From Auanema rhodensis (Eukaryota > Animalia > Nematoda): a DNA stretch of 64,000 nucleotides. The notes under the pieces are model-generated. The model worked only from the letters and a program-made list of their open reading frames with translations, was not told the DNA's origin and made no database searches. The stretch spans positions 14,508,001-14,572,000 of the forward strand of contig OZ059898.1 of assembly GCA_964057225.1 (NCBI GenBank). Direction: 5' to 3'. Below are positions 1-12,193 of the stretch, one piece after another. The first letter of the stretch is position 1. Every line of letters begins with the position of its first letter. The position numbers and the translations under genes are program-made.

Positions 1-745
1 GAAAAACCTGAAGAAAACGGGAAAAAAAGTATCGCAATAGCCGTTGAGCATCGATAAGTAGTAGCATAGTGAGCCATTAGGCTAATGAAGCTTTGATTCA
101 AGGCCAGAATTGGAGCCAAACATTGAAGTGAAACTGAGCGTCCACTTTGGATGTGACACCCACTATCCACTACCGAAACAACAGCTATTACCACCATGTC
201 GACAATGTTTTTAGATTGGTGGTTGTAAGGAGGACAAGCCTCTGCAGCTGGCTCGAGAACATCAAGCAATGAAGCAAGAACGAACGATGATGTGGGAATT
301 CTGGAGACACAAGAAATAACAACCATCATAATGAGAGTTCATCACGCTCAAAGGACGTTAACGGATGATGATGCCAATGACAGGCCAGCTACGATTATCA
401 AAAGGTATTGCAGAATTCATTGGAGCAGAAATTGCTCACATAATACCGATAAGAGAAAAGTAGAAGAGGGGGGGGGGGAGAGGCTGGATTATCGTTGTCT
501 GTCTGGGAGGTAGAGCAGCGACAATAAATGGGCGCCGAATGAGCCGAAGAGCAACGACATGGCTGAGAACAGAAGGGCTCCGCACTCGCGGATCGTCGAT
601 CTTGGTTGCCAAAAAGAGCTTCAATGGCTCCAACTACTATAGACGCAATTATTATAAAAGAAAGCCTTCTCTTAGAGCAGAATCTTGCACATATACTAAC
701 ACTATTCTAACATATACACGTACAGCCCTTCTTTCGTCCTTTCTC

Positions 746-747
<2 letters not shown>

Positions 748-792
<45 letters not shown>
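748..792. repeat. (TC)n microsatellite
   Basis: Uninterrupted TC dinucleotide run; explains the SLSLSL stretch in ORF 539..919. Confidence 0.95.
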
Positions 793-800
<8 letters not shown>

Positions 801-3339
801 CTTTTCTTTCTTCTATTCAGTGTCAAGCAAATCTATGTTCTTCTATTCTGGATTCTGGTAACCCCGTTTTCGTGTTCAATCCCACTCTTTTGACTAGATA
901 TCTTTATAGAAAAAAGTAAACTACATAGAGCCTGCCTCAAGGCTTCTACGGCAACGATCAAAATTCAGCTGTAGCATATGCGTGTGTGTGATATACCTCA
1001 CTGTCGAGACGCTGTGTGTGTAGTTCGTATGCCTTCAAGCTTACGAGAAAAGCTCATTAGATAGCTACTCGGACTGGCAATCGTCTGTCCACTTGAGAGG
1101 CCTTTTGCTGTTTCTTTTCGGTTTTTCCTTTTTTTTCTAACTCTTGTCGGTACGAGACCAATTAAAATTATATATACTGCAAATTCATATTCAAGCAGTA
1201 AAAAGGTCTTGCATGACATGAGGAGAAGAAAAGAGAATAGAGAATAAGGCATTTCAAGCTTACAACAGGTTCGGAAATACTTTTCAAAGAGGAGTTAAAA
1301 AGTAAAATAAGGAAACGAATAAAAGAGAGTGAGAGTTGTGGGGGGGGGGGGGAGAGAGAGAAAACAGGAGGAGTGAAGTACGGGAAATTCTGAAAGCGAA
1401 GGCGGAACAAACCTATTGCCCCCACTACACATTGGTACAAGCTTCAGGTTGACAACTAAACTATTAGTGTTAGGCGATGCACAAAAAGGTTAACAAAAGC
1501 CCTTTTAAATGCCTTTTTTATGAGATAAAGCAAGCAATTCAATGATAGATAGAGAAGAGAAATTATAAAAGATTGAGAGAGAATGAATATGAAAGAGAGA
1601 GAGAAAGAGGGGAGAAAGAGAGCGAGAGATAGAGCCGACAGAAATCAAAGAGAGAAAAATAAAAATTTTTCTTTTGACTTTACTTTATAGCAAAAACGTG
1701 AAAATAGGTACGAGTGTAGTAAAGAATACTTGTGAAGATTATTCTTTCTCTATTTCTCTCTCTGTGTGTGTCTCTCTCTCTCTGTGTCTCTCTCTGTGGC
1801 CCTCTCTCTCACTCTATGTTTGTCCACCTTCATCCCGAATTCAATTCGTTCCTTTCATAATATTTCGTGATAAAGACATCGTAAGAAATGTGTGAAACGA
1901 GAGGGAGATCATGGAATAAAGTCAAGAAAAAACAGTTCAAAAAGGGGTTGAAAGATGAAAAGTCAATGGATTAAGCTACTTCAACTTCTGTTGGCTAGCG
2001 CGTTTAGACCTTACTCTTGCACAAGCTGGACAGCAGCGGACATTCGCTTTTGAAAATAGAATGAAAAACATTAGCAGGGAAAGGGGAACAGAGGGAACAA
2101 GAAAGAGAGGGAGATTGGCCAATAGAAAAAGGGAAAATAAGCAGAATCATTCAAGATTTGCCCCTAATCATAAGAATCTTTATCTAAGGCTGCGAAAATG
2201 ATTGTTGATCTACAAACATGGACACAGATACAAGCTTTAGAAGGTAAAAGAAGCTGAAAAAGCTATTTGAGATTGTTGTTTAACAAACTGAAAGAGAAAT
2301 TATTAGCATGAGCAGTAGCCGAAATGACCAAGATACATCGGTAGAGGGTATTCTGCTTCTTATAGAAATAGTTGATCCCTTTTCAAAATGACTTTATATG
2401 GTCGCAGATTACGTCACTCGTCGTAATCCATGCATGGAATCTGATGGTATCTCTTCTTCTGATGAGTGTAACATCGATGAGAAAGTCATGAAACAGATGC
2501 TTTCCTAAACGATGCCATGCGAGCATCTATCACAAAGACGAGATTAAAGGACATTCGCCATATACAATACATGAGACTAGTTATGAAGCATAAGTAAAAG
2601 CAGCATTTGCAGAGATAAATGAAGGAGAAGCAGAAGTAGCGCAGCAGCAGCATCATCTTCATCATCATTCGAACAAGACAGACAGCAAAATTTTTTGAAT
2701 AAATGCGATTTCTTCAAATTTTCGTGAATTTTTACATTCAAATTACTAAGAAAGTGATTTCAATTTTTCTCAGAACAACACATAAGAATACAATTTTATT
2801 TTTAAAATTTAAAAAAAAAAACAATCTGAAATATATTCCTTAAAATTTATACTTTTTGAATATCTTGAGGTATGTTGTATATTGAAAAATTGAAAAGTGA
2901 ACATTCATAAATGTGTTTTTTCAATTTGTAATACATCTCTCTCTCCTTCTCTCTCTCCTTCTCTCTCTCCTTCTCTCTCTCTCTCCCTCTCTCCTTCTCT
3001 CTCTCACTCCTTCACTCTCTCACTCTTTAGTATACTTTGTGTCTTTTTTTAAGAAAAAAAAGAGAAAGAAATCTATTGACAATATGTATTTATATACAAA
3101 ATATACTATATGTATAAATAAGTCTATATATAACTTGTAATGACGTCATTATTATGAAAATAATATTTATTACGAATATTATGTATTTTCTCTATTTTGA
3201 CTATATGATATAATCATTGAAAAAAAGATAATTAATCTTAAAAAAAACATTCTTTTCCTTTTTCATCTTCACTTCACTTCATATTCATCATGTATTACAT
3301 AGAATTCAACTAAGATTTCGCAGATGGAGGGTGTGTGCG

Positions 3340-3373
3340 TGAGAGGGAGAGAGAGAAGGAGAGAGAAGGAGAT

Positions 3374-3416
<43 letters not shown>

Positions 3417-3440
3417 CAGAGAGAGAGAGAGAGAGAAAGA
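3340..3440. repeat. (GA)n compound microsatellite
   Basis: Imperfect GA run of about 100 bp. Confidence 0.9.
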
Positions 3441-4519
3441 GTAATGAGATAATAGATATTAAAGATTTTTTGATAATTTCAGAATATGTTTTATGAAAAA
3501 AAAATACAAATGTAAAAGTCAAATAGGTGTGACTGACATGAAAATCATATAATCGTTGCATGACAAAGTAAAGAAAACTAGCTGCTTTTGCCTTCTATGC
3601 ATGTATTCATGTATATACAAGTTCATATTTGAATTTTCATTATAAAAATAGAATATAATATAAAATAATTAAATATATAATACATTTCATTAGAAAATCT
3701 TTAGTTTTTCACAATTGTTTCAGAAAAAAAAAGGATTAGAGAAACATGTAAATGACGAAAGAAGAACTTCATGCTCTTGTTTTCAGGAAAGATTTTCATG
3801 AAAATGTTTAAAATCTATGAATATTTATAATTTTATTTCTTTTATTCAGAATTTGTGAATGAAAAAAAATTATCTGACGACTATTTAAGAAATAAAAAGA
3901 GGAAATAAATTTTTTTTGTTTTGTTTTTATATAAAACTTCTAATAAAAGCTGATTATAATATCTCAAATATTGAAATAATAAAGAAATATTCGAAATAAA
4001 TATATCTTGTAAAGAACAGTTTTTTTACGTGAAAATTTTTTGATGAAAATGACGATAAATATGGATAAAATGAATTAAAATCTAGCTTTTAATTCTGTAT
4101 ACAGTCCAACGAGCATGGAATTGAACAATGATCAACTTGAATTTCTATCAAAATATTCTAATTTTACGTGAAATTACACGTGAAATCTGAATCATTTTGT
4201 GAGATGGATGATGGTGCTGAACGGTTGTATACTTAGCTCTCAGATTATTTTTGAATATTTCAAAATCAACAGACATCATTGGCTGAATGTGTTTTATAAT
4301 TTCTTTTAATTTTTATAAATTCTTCTTATTTTTCATTTTATAAAGTTCGTCAGAAGGTTGTACACGATGGAATGCAGTATCGGAAACCATTAAGCAGAAC
4401 TATTATTGCAAAAGAACATCCTGTAATCAAGCTTATGTGACGTTGCTGTCGGAGAGTTATTCTCTCTCAACACAACACAGCATTTAGTCTTTAAGCAAAA
4501 AAACGGTGGAAGAAGTTGA

Positions 4520-4592
<73 letters not shown>

Positions 4593-4646
4593 TCTCTCTC
4601 TATCTCTCTCTCTCTCTCTTTCTTTCTCTCTCTCTCTCTCTCTCTT
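4520..4646. repeat. (CT)n microsatellite
   Basis: About 125-bp imperfect CT run; source of spurious ORFs 4491..4673 and 4516..4707. Confidence 0.95.
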
Positions 4647-5168
4647 TCTTTCTTTTAGGAGAGAAACCTTCAAATCATTAGTATTATTAACTTTATTTAT
4701 TTATTAATAGAAAAAATGATACAGTACAGTTCTGAGTATAAAGAAAAAGTTTGATATAACTTTCAATTTATAAGAAAATAATGGAAAAATAGAATAATAT
4801 ATAGTAAATATAGTATAAACTCATTAAATATAATATATATGTACATTTATATAAGATTTATTTATCATTTTTAATGTAAAAAATGAGAGAAAAACAATAT
4901 GAAATATTATGTGAAACATTTATTATGATCATAAGAACCATTTGGTTACAATATATTTGTTAAAAATATTCGAATATCAAGTTAAAAATATATTTCCTTT
5001 GGGTTTTTTTTTGTCTTTGCTTTTCAGATAAAAAAAAAAGATCGCTATTGGTCTCTATTACTAGTTTTAAGAGGGAATTGAAAAAGAGAAACATGAGAGA
5101 GTTTCAAAGAAGGAAAAATAGAGGGAGAGAGGGAGAGAGGGAGAGAGAGAAATAGAGATAGTGAGAGA

Positions 5169-5221
<53 letters not shown>

Positions 5222-6519
5222 TACAAATTAAGAAGAAACTGAAAGAGATTTCTGATTTAAATAGAACCATTTGTCTTGCAAACAGCAATCACAAATTTGC
5301 GGAAGTTACATAGAAAATTTTGTATTTCATTTGCTGAAAAAGTATAAGACAAATCTTTGTTTTGTCTTCTTCTTTTTCTTCCTTTTCTACTTCAGATTAA
5401 TAAAAACAAATATTTTTTGATGTTTTGTGTGAGTCAAAGAACGAAAAATGCGTCCATTGGGATTCAGATGAGCAATTGGCAGAAATATGAACGATCAAGA
5501 CGATAACATGTCAAAAATCTCGAGAAAGAAACTGAAACCATTCTCCTTCTCTTCCTCTCATTCTCTCTCTCTCTCTCTCTCTCTGTTTTAGTTCCTATTT
5601 AGTTGACCTCAATATAGTATTAAGATGATGCTGCTTGCTTAAAGAATACGATTTTTCATTTTTTTTTGTAGAAAAAAAAATATTTGTTCGGGACATTTGA
5701 AAGAATTGAATGTGAAGATAACGAATTTGAAACATATATCGTGAGTTATTGCTCAAAGAACAAAAAAAAAGTTTTGCTGTAACTAACTGAATGCAAGAAT
5801 ATACAAGTGAGGCAAGAACTCAAAAATAAGTAAGAAAACACATAAGTAGCATAATCACATATGAAAAAGGAAAAATCAGTATTTCTGACTGTACAACTGT
5901 TTCGTTTATCTATTGCTCCAAAACATTTTCAAAGAAAAAGATAAGAAAGACAGCTGAACGAAGATACAAGATAAGAAATTTTTATATTTTTAAATTTCAT
6001 ACATTGAAACTGAGCCAATTATAGCATTATCTTTAATGAAACTTACAGTAAAGAAGCAAGATTTTCAGGTGAGAAATGAATGTGAGACTGTGTGACGAAG
6101 CGGAAAAGCATTGCAAAAGATTGGATGAACATATGAGATGATGAAGATAGATGTATAAGTGGTAGAACAGGTTGATTTCGTTTGTTGAAAATAAATTGTC
6201 AAATTCATTCAATTTGTATGTAAAATGGATTATTTGTGATAAAAATCTTCAAAAATTTCATGAAGAAAGACATGGTTATCGTGTAGTAGAATCAGCATGA
6301 AATTGAGCTTAGGCGGAAAGAGAAAAGCTAATGCTATAGGTAGGAAATATCCAAAGAAAGATGGATGAATATTAGATAAAACATATTGAAATGAATGAAA
6401 TTTCGCGGATTATCGTCTATCGCTTTATGCGTCATACTCCTCATACGGTGCTGCTGACGGACATACAGGTCGACGTCACCGAAGATGATAGCAACGATAT
6501 CTGTGCGATTCGGAATAAG

Positions 6520-6528
6520 GATGACGAC

Positions 6529-6566
<38 letters not shown>

Positions 6567-6570
6567 GGAT
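6520..6570. repeat. (GAT)n trinucleotide repeat
   Basis: GAT/GAC run that gives the poly-D in ORF 6391..6690. Confidence 0.9.
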
Positions 6571-8940
6571 GTTGACATTGGTGTGAAGAAGTACAGACGG
6601 TATTCACGGATTCGGATGCCATCTGATTATGTGAATACTAATCTTCTTACATTCATGTATGTATGTCTATATACTTATCCAGCTAGGTAGATGAATGGTA
6701 TGTTCAGTGAAGCAAGAAACAAAAAGTATGAAGATTACATCCAAATATCCTATATTTCGAATGAAAAAACAGATTTCAATACTCTAGTTATCTGTCAAAT
6801 TTTGGTTTAAAAAAGGAATTTTATAAATAAAATGAATATCTAATACAATGTGCGGAAATTAAATTCATAGTTGTGAACAAGAAGATTCCTTTTTACTCTG
6901 CTTTTGTCTGAAATATTGATAGAAATCAAATTTGATAATACATCAGCTATTTGTATATAATGGTCAAACACAGCTGAAGTACGCTGAAAACTTATTTGAT
7001 ACGATATCTAACCTTTCCTGCTTCGTTCTATTTCAGCTAGAAAACGTCGTTTATAAAGTAAATATAGAAATTATTTTAAAAAATTGATAATATATAGAAA
7101 GATTGTTTGCTAAATCATATTTCAGACATCTTTTCTGATAGAATAAGCAAAGAAATGAATCTATTTTTGAAGTATTATACAAAGAATTCTTGTTATTTAT
7201 TCAAATGAAAAGAACATTTTTCTTTTCCGCTTTTTTCTTTGAGATTTAAAAAGAAAGTTGGATGATAAAGATTGAACTGATAAATTTTTGCATAGCATAC
7301 GATTTAAATATCTTTAAAAACTTGGTAATGCTGATCATACTAAAAACATTTTAACATATAACACAACGCTGATAGATTCAATATGAGAAAGAGAGTTATG
7401 AGGAAGCAAAGTGGGTGGGTCAACATGTCTTGAGAGAAATTTAACGAAAGAAGAATATTGAAGAAGTGAAATGTGTTCATCATCAATTTTAAAATTATAA
7501 TATATTTGCATATTCAGTTAAATGTAACGATTACGTGATTCATGGATATTTTTCACGTAAATAGCACAATCGTGTCATTTTTTATTTATTTTATTCAAAT
7601 GACCGGTTGTTTTCAGTAGTATGTGGGTGGTGGTGTATGTTAAGGAGAGAGTAGGCCTGAAAAGAAGGTTTTTCATGTTCAGGCAATGTTTGTAAGGAGA
7701 AAAGGAGAACAAGAAAGAAAGTCAGAGATAGCTGGTTAGATATATAGATAGAGAGAGATTGTAAGAGAAAGAGAAAGAGAGAGAGAGAGAGAGAAAAGAG
7801 CTACATGTGTATGTACATATGTATATGGAATGTGACTTGAATATAAATACTGGCTATAAGGCTATTAAAAAATGTTTTTTTTGGACTTGTTCTATATATA
7901 AATATAAAAATATATAAATATATAACTAACTATACATATAAAATAATTGTTTTTTTTCTAAAAATCTTACATATAGTATAGAATAGTATGTAAATTAATT
8001 ATAGAAAAATACTTATAGTATTATGAAATGAGACAACAATTCATAATAAAATTAAATAGAAAAATAAAAATAACATAAAATAAGAGAAAAAAAAGAAGAA
8101 AAGTGAGAAAGTTGGTAAAGTTGGAAAAGAAAAAAGATTTCATTCAATACTCAACTAGCCATCTTATAATTACATTGGTTTCTGAGTATAAAGAAGAGAA
8201 TTATATAAGGAAATGAATAATACACAACCGTCAACCTCAACCTATGACCTCAATTTATATTGAAAATATAGCCAAGAATATAATAATATTATACATCTAT
8301 ATATACATATAAGTATATACATATATTATATTATATATTATATAGTATATCAGTTTAGGACTTCTGTTGAAAAACTTAAAACTTTCAAGCTTTTGAGTCA
8401 GAAACAACTTGTTCATGATGATTGACGATGTTATAGCGAACTTCTTCTTTTTGCTGTTGAAAATTTGGTTTTAATAAACATATTTTGAACTAAAAAGTTC
8501 TTTTCTGATCAAATTTTTGTAATTTTTAGTATTTTTAAATTTTTTTTTTCAAAGAAAAGAAAAAAACTTTTTTTTTCTGATGCTGCTGATCAGTTGTGAA
8601 TCATAAATCGTAAGAATAAAAAGCTTGTTCTTTGGATATTTCCGGATATGTAGAAGGGATTTCACTGAAAAGATTTTCTCCTTTTTCTAGTTTTTCCCTC
8701 AAAATCTACTTCTTCTGTCCTTTTTGTATAAACGTCCTTGAGATCTATTCTGTACTCAAATGCAACTTTTCACTATTTCCTTCACAACTCCGACAATGTC
8801 CATTCACTTCTGGACGATTTAGTCACAGCTTAAGGTTACTGATCCTCTTTTGCCTTGTTTTTTAAATTTTTTTCAGTCAAATAAGCTGTTTTATTGTCAA
8901 GTTTTAATTAAAAATCCGCTTATTTTCAGCTAATACATTC

Positions 8941-11428
8941 ATGAGGTCAGCGTTCCATATTACCCAATTGGAACTTAGCCTACTGACTCTGTTTGTACAG
9001 TTCTTGGATTCAGAAGGTTATGGTCAGTTACCCATATTTTTAAAGAACATTTTCAATTATTTATCGGATTATATAGTTAATTATGTTGTTTAGTTAAATG
9101 TAAATCAAATAATCTAATAGATGTTACAAGCTTTAGTCATCAACTTCAAAACTTAAAGAGTAAGCTTTATCTCTTTTCTTAATTTTGCTAAAAGATGTGT
9201 TCATTCAGAAACACTAGGAGGTAATACAGATGTAGATTTATGGTTTCCACAGTATAAATATGGTAATTTCTTCCAATAATTTACACATAAAGCTCTTATT
9301 ACAGCTTCTCCTTTTGGACAAATGGTAATTTCTAATGTTTGTGACTTAGAATGCTATGATTTTGACTCTTTTTTAACCAAACCCTGCAGGTATTTTTGAT
9401 ATTTAATTAAACTTATTCAGAGATAATGGCTAATATTCAGATGGAGAAATGAGAATAATGGATGTGGAGGAGATGAAATGGATTTCATGAGGATGCGAGG
9501 ACGTTGGTCGAAAGATGACGGTGGCTTTCTCTTCTCTAAGCAAGATAGTCCAGGTACATATCCTCATGTATTTGACGAATGAAATAGATTTTTTTCCCTT
9601 TTCAGACGGTTTTTTTCTAATCGTTGGAACAGAAAAGAAGATGTCGTCTGAATGGGCTTCAGCAATGCTGGTGTCTGATCCGATTCAGTGTCAAGAAGGA
9701 GATGGAACAGTTACATTACGTCATTGGACATCGCCTAGTGTACACATACGTGTCTGCATCAGGTTCTTCACTAGTACAACTTACTTTCCAAACTTTCTTT
9801 TTTATTTTTAAATAAATTTCTTTTTTTTTTTGATTTTAGAAGACCATCTGCTGGAAAAAGCTATGATTGGTGTAGTGAGAAGATTCGTCGCAATGGAACA
9901 AATCTAGCCAAAGTCATTATTCCTGGTAGTATTCACTATACCTTTGAGGTTTTTCCAATCTTGGGAAATCATTCAAATTTCTTTAAAAAATTATTTCAGA
10001 TTGTGATTGAAGCTTACAACTTTGTGTTTGATATATTTGGAAAAGAGGGTGGCGCAGCTGTTCTCGATGACATAGCATACAATGCTTCTGCCATCTATCA
10101 ATGTCAACATAGTAATATTGTTTTAGATTATTCTAAAAATCTACTTTCCGTGCAGTCATGTCCGAGTGGTTAAGGAGATTGACTAGAAATCAATTGGGCT
10201 CTGCCCGCGTAGGTTCGAATCCTGCTGACTGCGAATCTTTTGCTTTTTAGCAGGGATATAATTTTTTTCTAATTTTGTATGATTGTGATGAAAAATATGA
10301 AAAATTATTTGAATATGTAACTTAAAGAAACTTTTTAAACATTTTTCGGCAGCGTTTTTCAAGAAAATTTCAAATTTAAGGTTTAAAATCTATGTTTCAG
10401 TACCACATTACGAGCCTTTGTCGAAAATTGATCCATCCACATGCCGTAACATCCAATGTCATTTCAATGATGAATTATGTGTAAGAAAGTTGAAAGGGAC
10501 AGGATGGAAAACGTCAGGGAAAGCTGAAGGCTCATTCAGTAGTGGAATTCGAGAAAATCTGAGTAATTGTTTCAAAAATCTTTATTTTTTGACAAAACTA
10601 TTTCAGAAGGAGATTATGCTTACGCTCGAGGACCAGGAACATATTCATTTCAACTGGGAAATTTGAATTTGACACGTCATTTCTTATTGGAATTTTGCTT
10701 CTACACAACAAGTTACAAGGCGCCATTGAAAATAAACATTCAAACTGAAAATCAAGAAAAAACAAAGTATGTCGCATCAATCATTTTATTATAAATAGAG
10801 AATAGAGGGAGGAAAAGATGCAGATAGAGAAAGAAAGTGAGAGATATTGATAAAGAGAGAGAAAGAGACATCACTGTATGAAGTTTTATCGCCGATGAAT
10901 AATAATTCTTATCGGTTGATGTACGGCAATCCTCGTAGTCGATATGATCACAAATGAAAAGACGCAAATGTAACCGTCGATAGCTCAGTTGGTAGAGCGG
11001 AGGACTGTAGAGTTGTGGCTATCCTTAGGTCGCTGGTTCGAATCCGGCTCGACGGAATTGTTTTGAAGTTTTTATAAAAAATTAAAAAAAATTTTTTATG
11101 AAAATAGAATGATTTCTGTTTTAAATGAAAAAGATAACAGTACCCGTTTAGAATATTCGACAGTGCCGATCATGGGATTGGACATCAATGGCAATGTGAG
11201 AAAGTAATGTTAATTCCAGGAAAATATGACTTTGTGAGATAAATTCCTTGTGTTTTTGATAGATAACAAGAAAACATTTGTTTATAGATCGAGTTTTTAG
11301 CTGAGAAGCTTGGTAATGAGCATGTCCGTGTTGGCGTCGATCAAATAGATCTTGTCGATCCCATACAAGGAATAGGAGCATGTGATAATGTCATTCGAAG
11401 ATTTGATTTTAACTTTTTCATAAATTAG
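8941..11428 (+). CDS. Secreted MAM-domain protein (two MAM-like domains), about 12 exons
   Basis: Hand-spliced ORF: MRSAFHITQLELSLLTLFVQF (signal-like)...CDLECYDFDSFLTKPC|RWRNENNGCGGDEMDFMRMRGRW...AMLVSDPIQCQEGDGTVTLRHWTS...GGAAVLDDIAY...CRNIQCHFNDELC...W...LEFCFY...HQWQCEKV...GVDQIDLVD...C. The C-x-F-D/N..C..W, L-x-S and (L/V)D(D/Q)I motifs are typical of MAM domains. Stop TAG at 11426-11428. Confidence 0.85.
10152..10233 (+). tRNA. tRNA-Ser (anticodon AGA)
   Basis: GCAGTCATGTCCGAGTGGTTAAGG...ATTGA-CT-AGA-AA-TCAAT, long variable arm, GGTTCGAATCC B box, acceptor stem GCAGTCA/TGACTGC, G discriminator, T-run terminator downstream. Confidence 0.97.
10974..11056 (+). tRNA. tRNA-Tyr (anticodon GTA) with 10-nt intron at 11011-11020
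   Basis: CCGTCGATAGCTCAGTTGGTAGAGCGGAGGACT-GTA-G[agttgtggct]ATCCTTAGGTCGCTGGTTCGAATCCGGCTCGACGGA; intron at the canonical 37/38 position. Confidence 0.97.
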
Positions 11429-11705
11429 CTAATTAATTTAGATTACGGTAATTAATATTTATAAGATAATATACTGTACATTTTAAATTTTACAGATTTG
11501 AAGAAGAAGAAGAAGAAGAAGAAGAAGAAGAGACAACTCAACTTATCTTTGTCATTGAGCTTCAACTATCAACTTAGAATCAAAGCTTTAACCGGAGTTT
11601 CAAAGTTCCATATCAAGTTTTTAATAGAAACTGTCCATCTTACAACCTAATGCTGCTTCTGAAGCAACTCAAATTCTCTTTTATTTCATTTTTCAAAGAT
11701 TATTG
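11415..11705 (+). repeat. Left arm of ~290-bp long-range inverted repeat (partner 15618-15899)
   Basis: Reverse complement of 15618-15899 except for 3 substitutions and (GAA)10 versus (GAA)7. Confidence 0.95.
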
Positions 11706-12078
11706 GTGCTTAAACACGATTGACACAATTAATTATAAATTGACCTTTTAAAAACAAATAATTTTTAGTATAAATTAGAAATAAAATAAATTTAATATAA
11801 GATATTGTTAAAAATAATTGTAACAACCATCTCTTGTTTTTTACAATTCTTTTTTTATTTTTTTCATATCCCTCTCTCACTATTCTTAATCTCAATATGT
11901 GCCTGTCTACTGACGTATGTCTTTGTATGTGCCATTTATCATATAGTTACATAAAATTTTATTGTTTTATATTCATTTTTGCATAAAAATAATAATTTTT
12001 AACATAATCTTTCAAATAATCTGTAACATAAACTTTTCCTAATAACACGTGTACTATTTAACTTCGATCCCTTGCGCA

Positions 12079-12150
12079 GCCTCATTGGCTCAGGGGCAGA
12101 GCGTCTGTCTAGTAAACAGAAGGTCGCTGGTTCGATTCCAGCATGAGGCA
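12079..12150 (+). tRNA. tRNA-Thr (anticodon AGT)
   Basis: GCCTCATTGGCTCAGGGGCAGAGCGTCTGT-CT-AGT-AA-ACAGAAGGTCGCTGGTTCGATTCCAGCATGAGGCA; complete cloverleaf followed by TCTTTT. Confidence 0.95.
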
Positions 12151-12193
12151 TCTTTTACGGTTCGTGATTTAAAATTTTGATATGTTTTGCTGT

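Noticed and set aside
1340-1352. Poly-G tracts (also 468-478 and 60989-60999) as G-quadruplex or fragile sites
   Set aside because: Short runs, mostly adjoining purine-rich or GA repeats; nothing specific to support function.
539-5288. ORFs with SLSLSL or ERERER runs (539..919, 2913..3140, 3310..3561, 4491..4707, 5067..5288)
   Set aside because: Translations of TC/GA microsatellites; no splice-supported gene structure.
6001-6018. Similarity to the SL1 RNA intron portion (ACATTGAAACTGA), and GGTTTAAT...AGGTAA at about 58373
   Set aside because: Neither site has the 22-nt leader together with an Sm site; short chance matches.
6391-6690. 99-aa ORF with poly-Asp
   Set aside because: The poly-D comes from a GAT microsatellite; no recognisable motif or linked exons.
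11575-11620. Repeat arm translates IKALTGVSKFHIK, reminiscent of the array's KKLTG motif
   Set aside because: Only about four residues match and none of the flanking family pattern is present.
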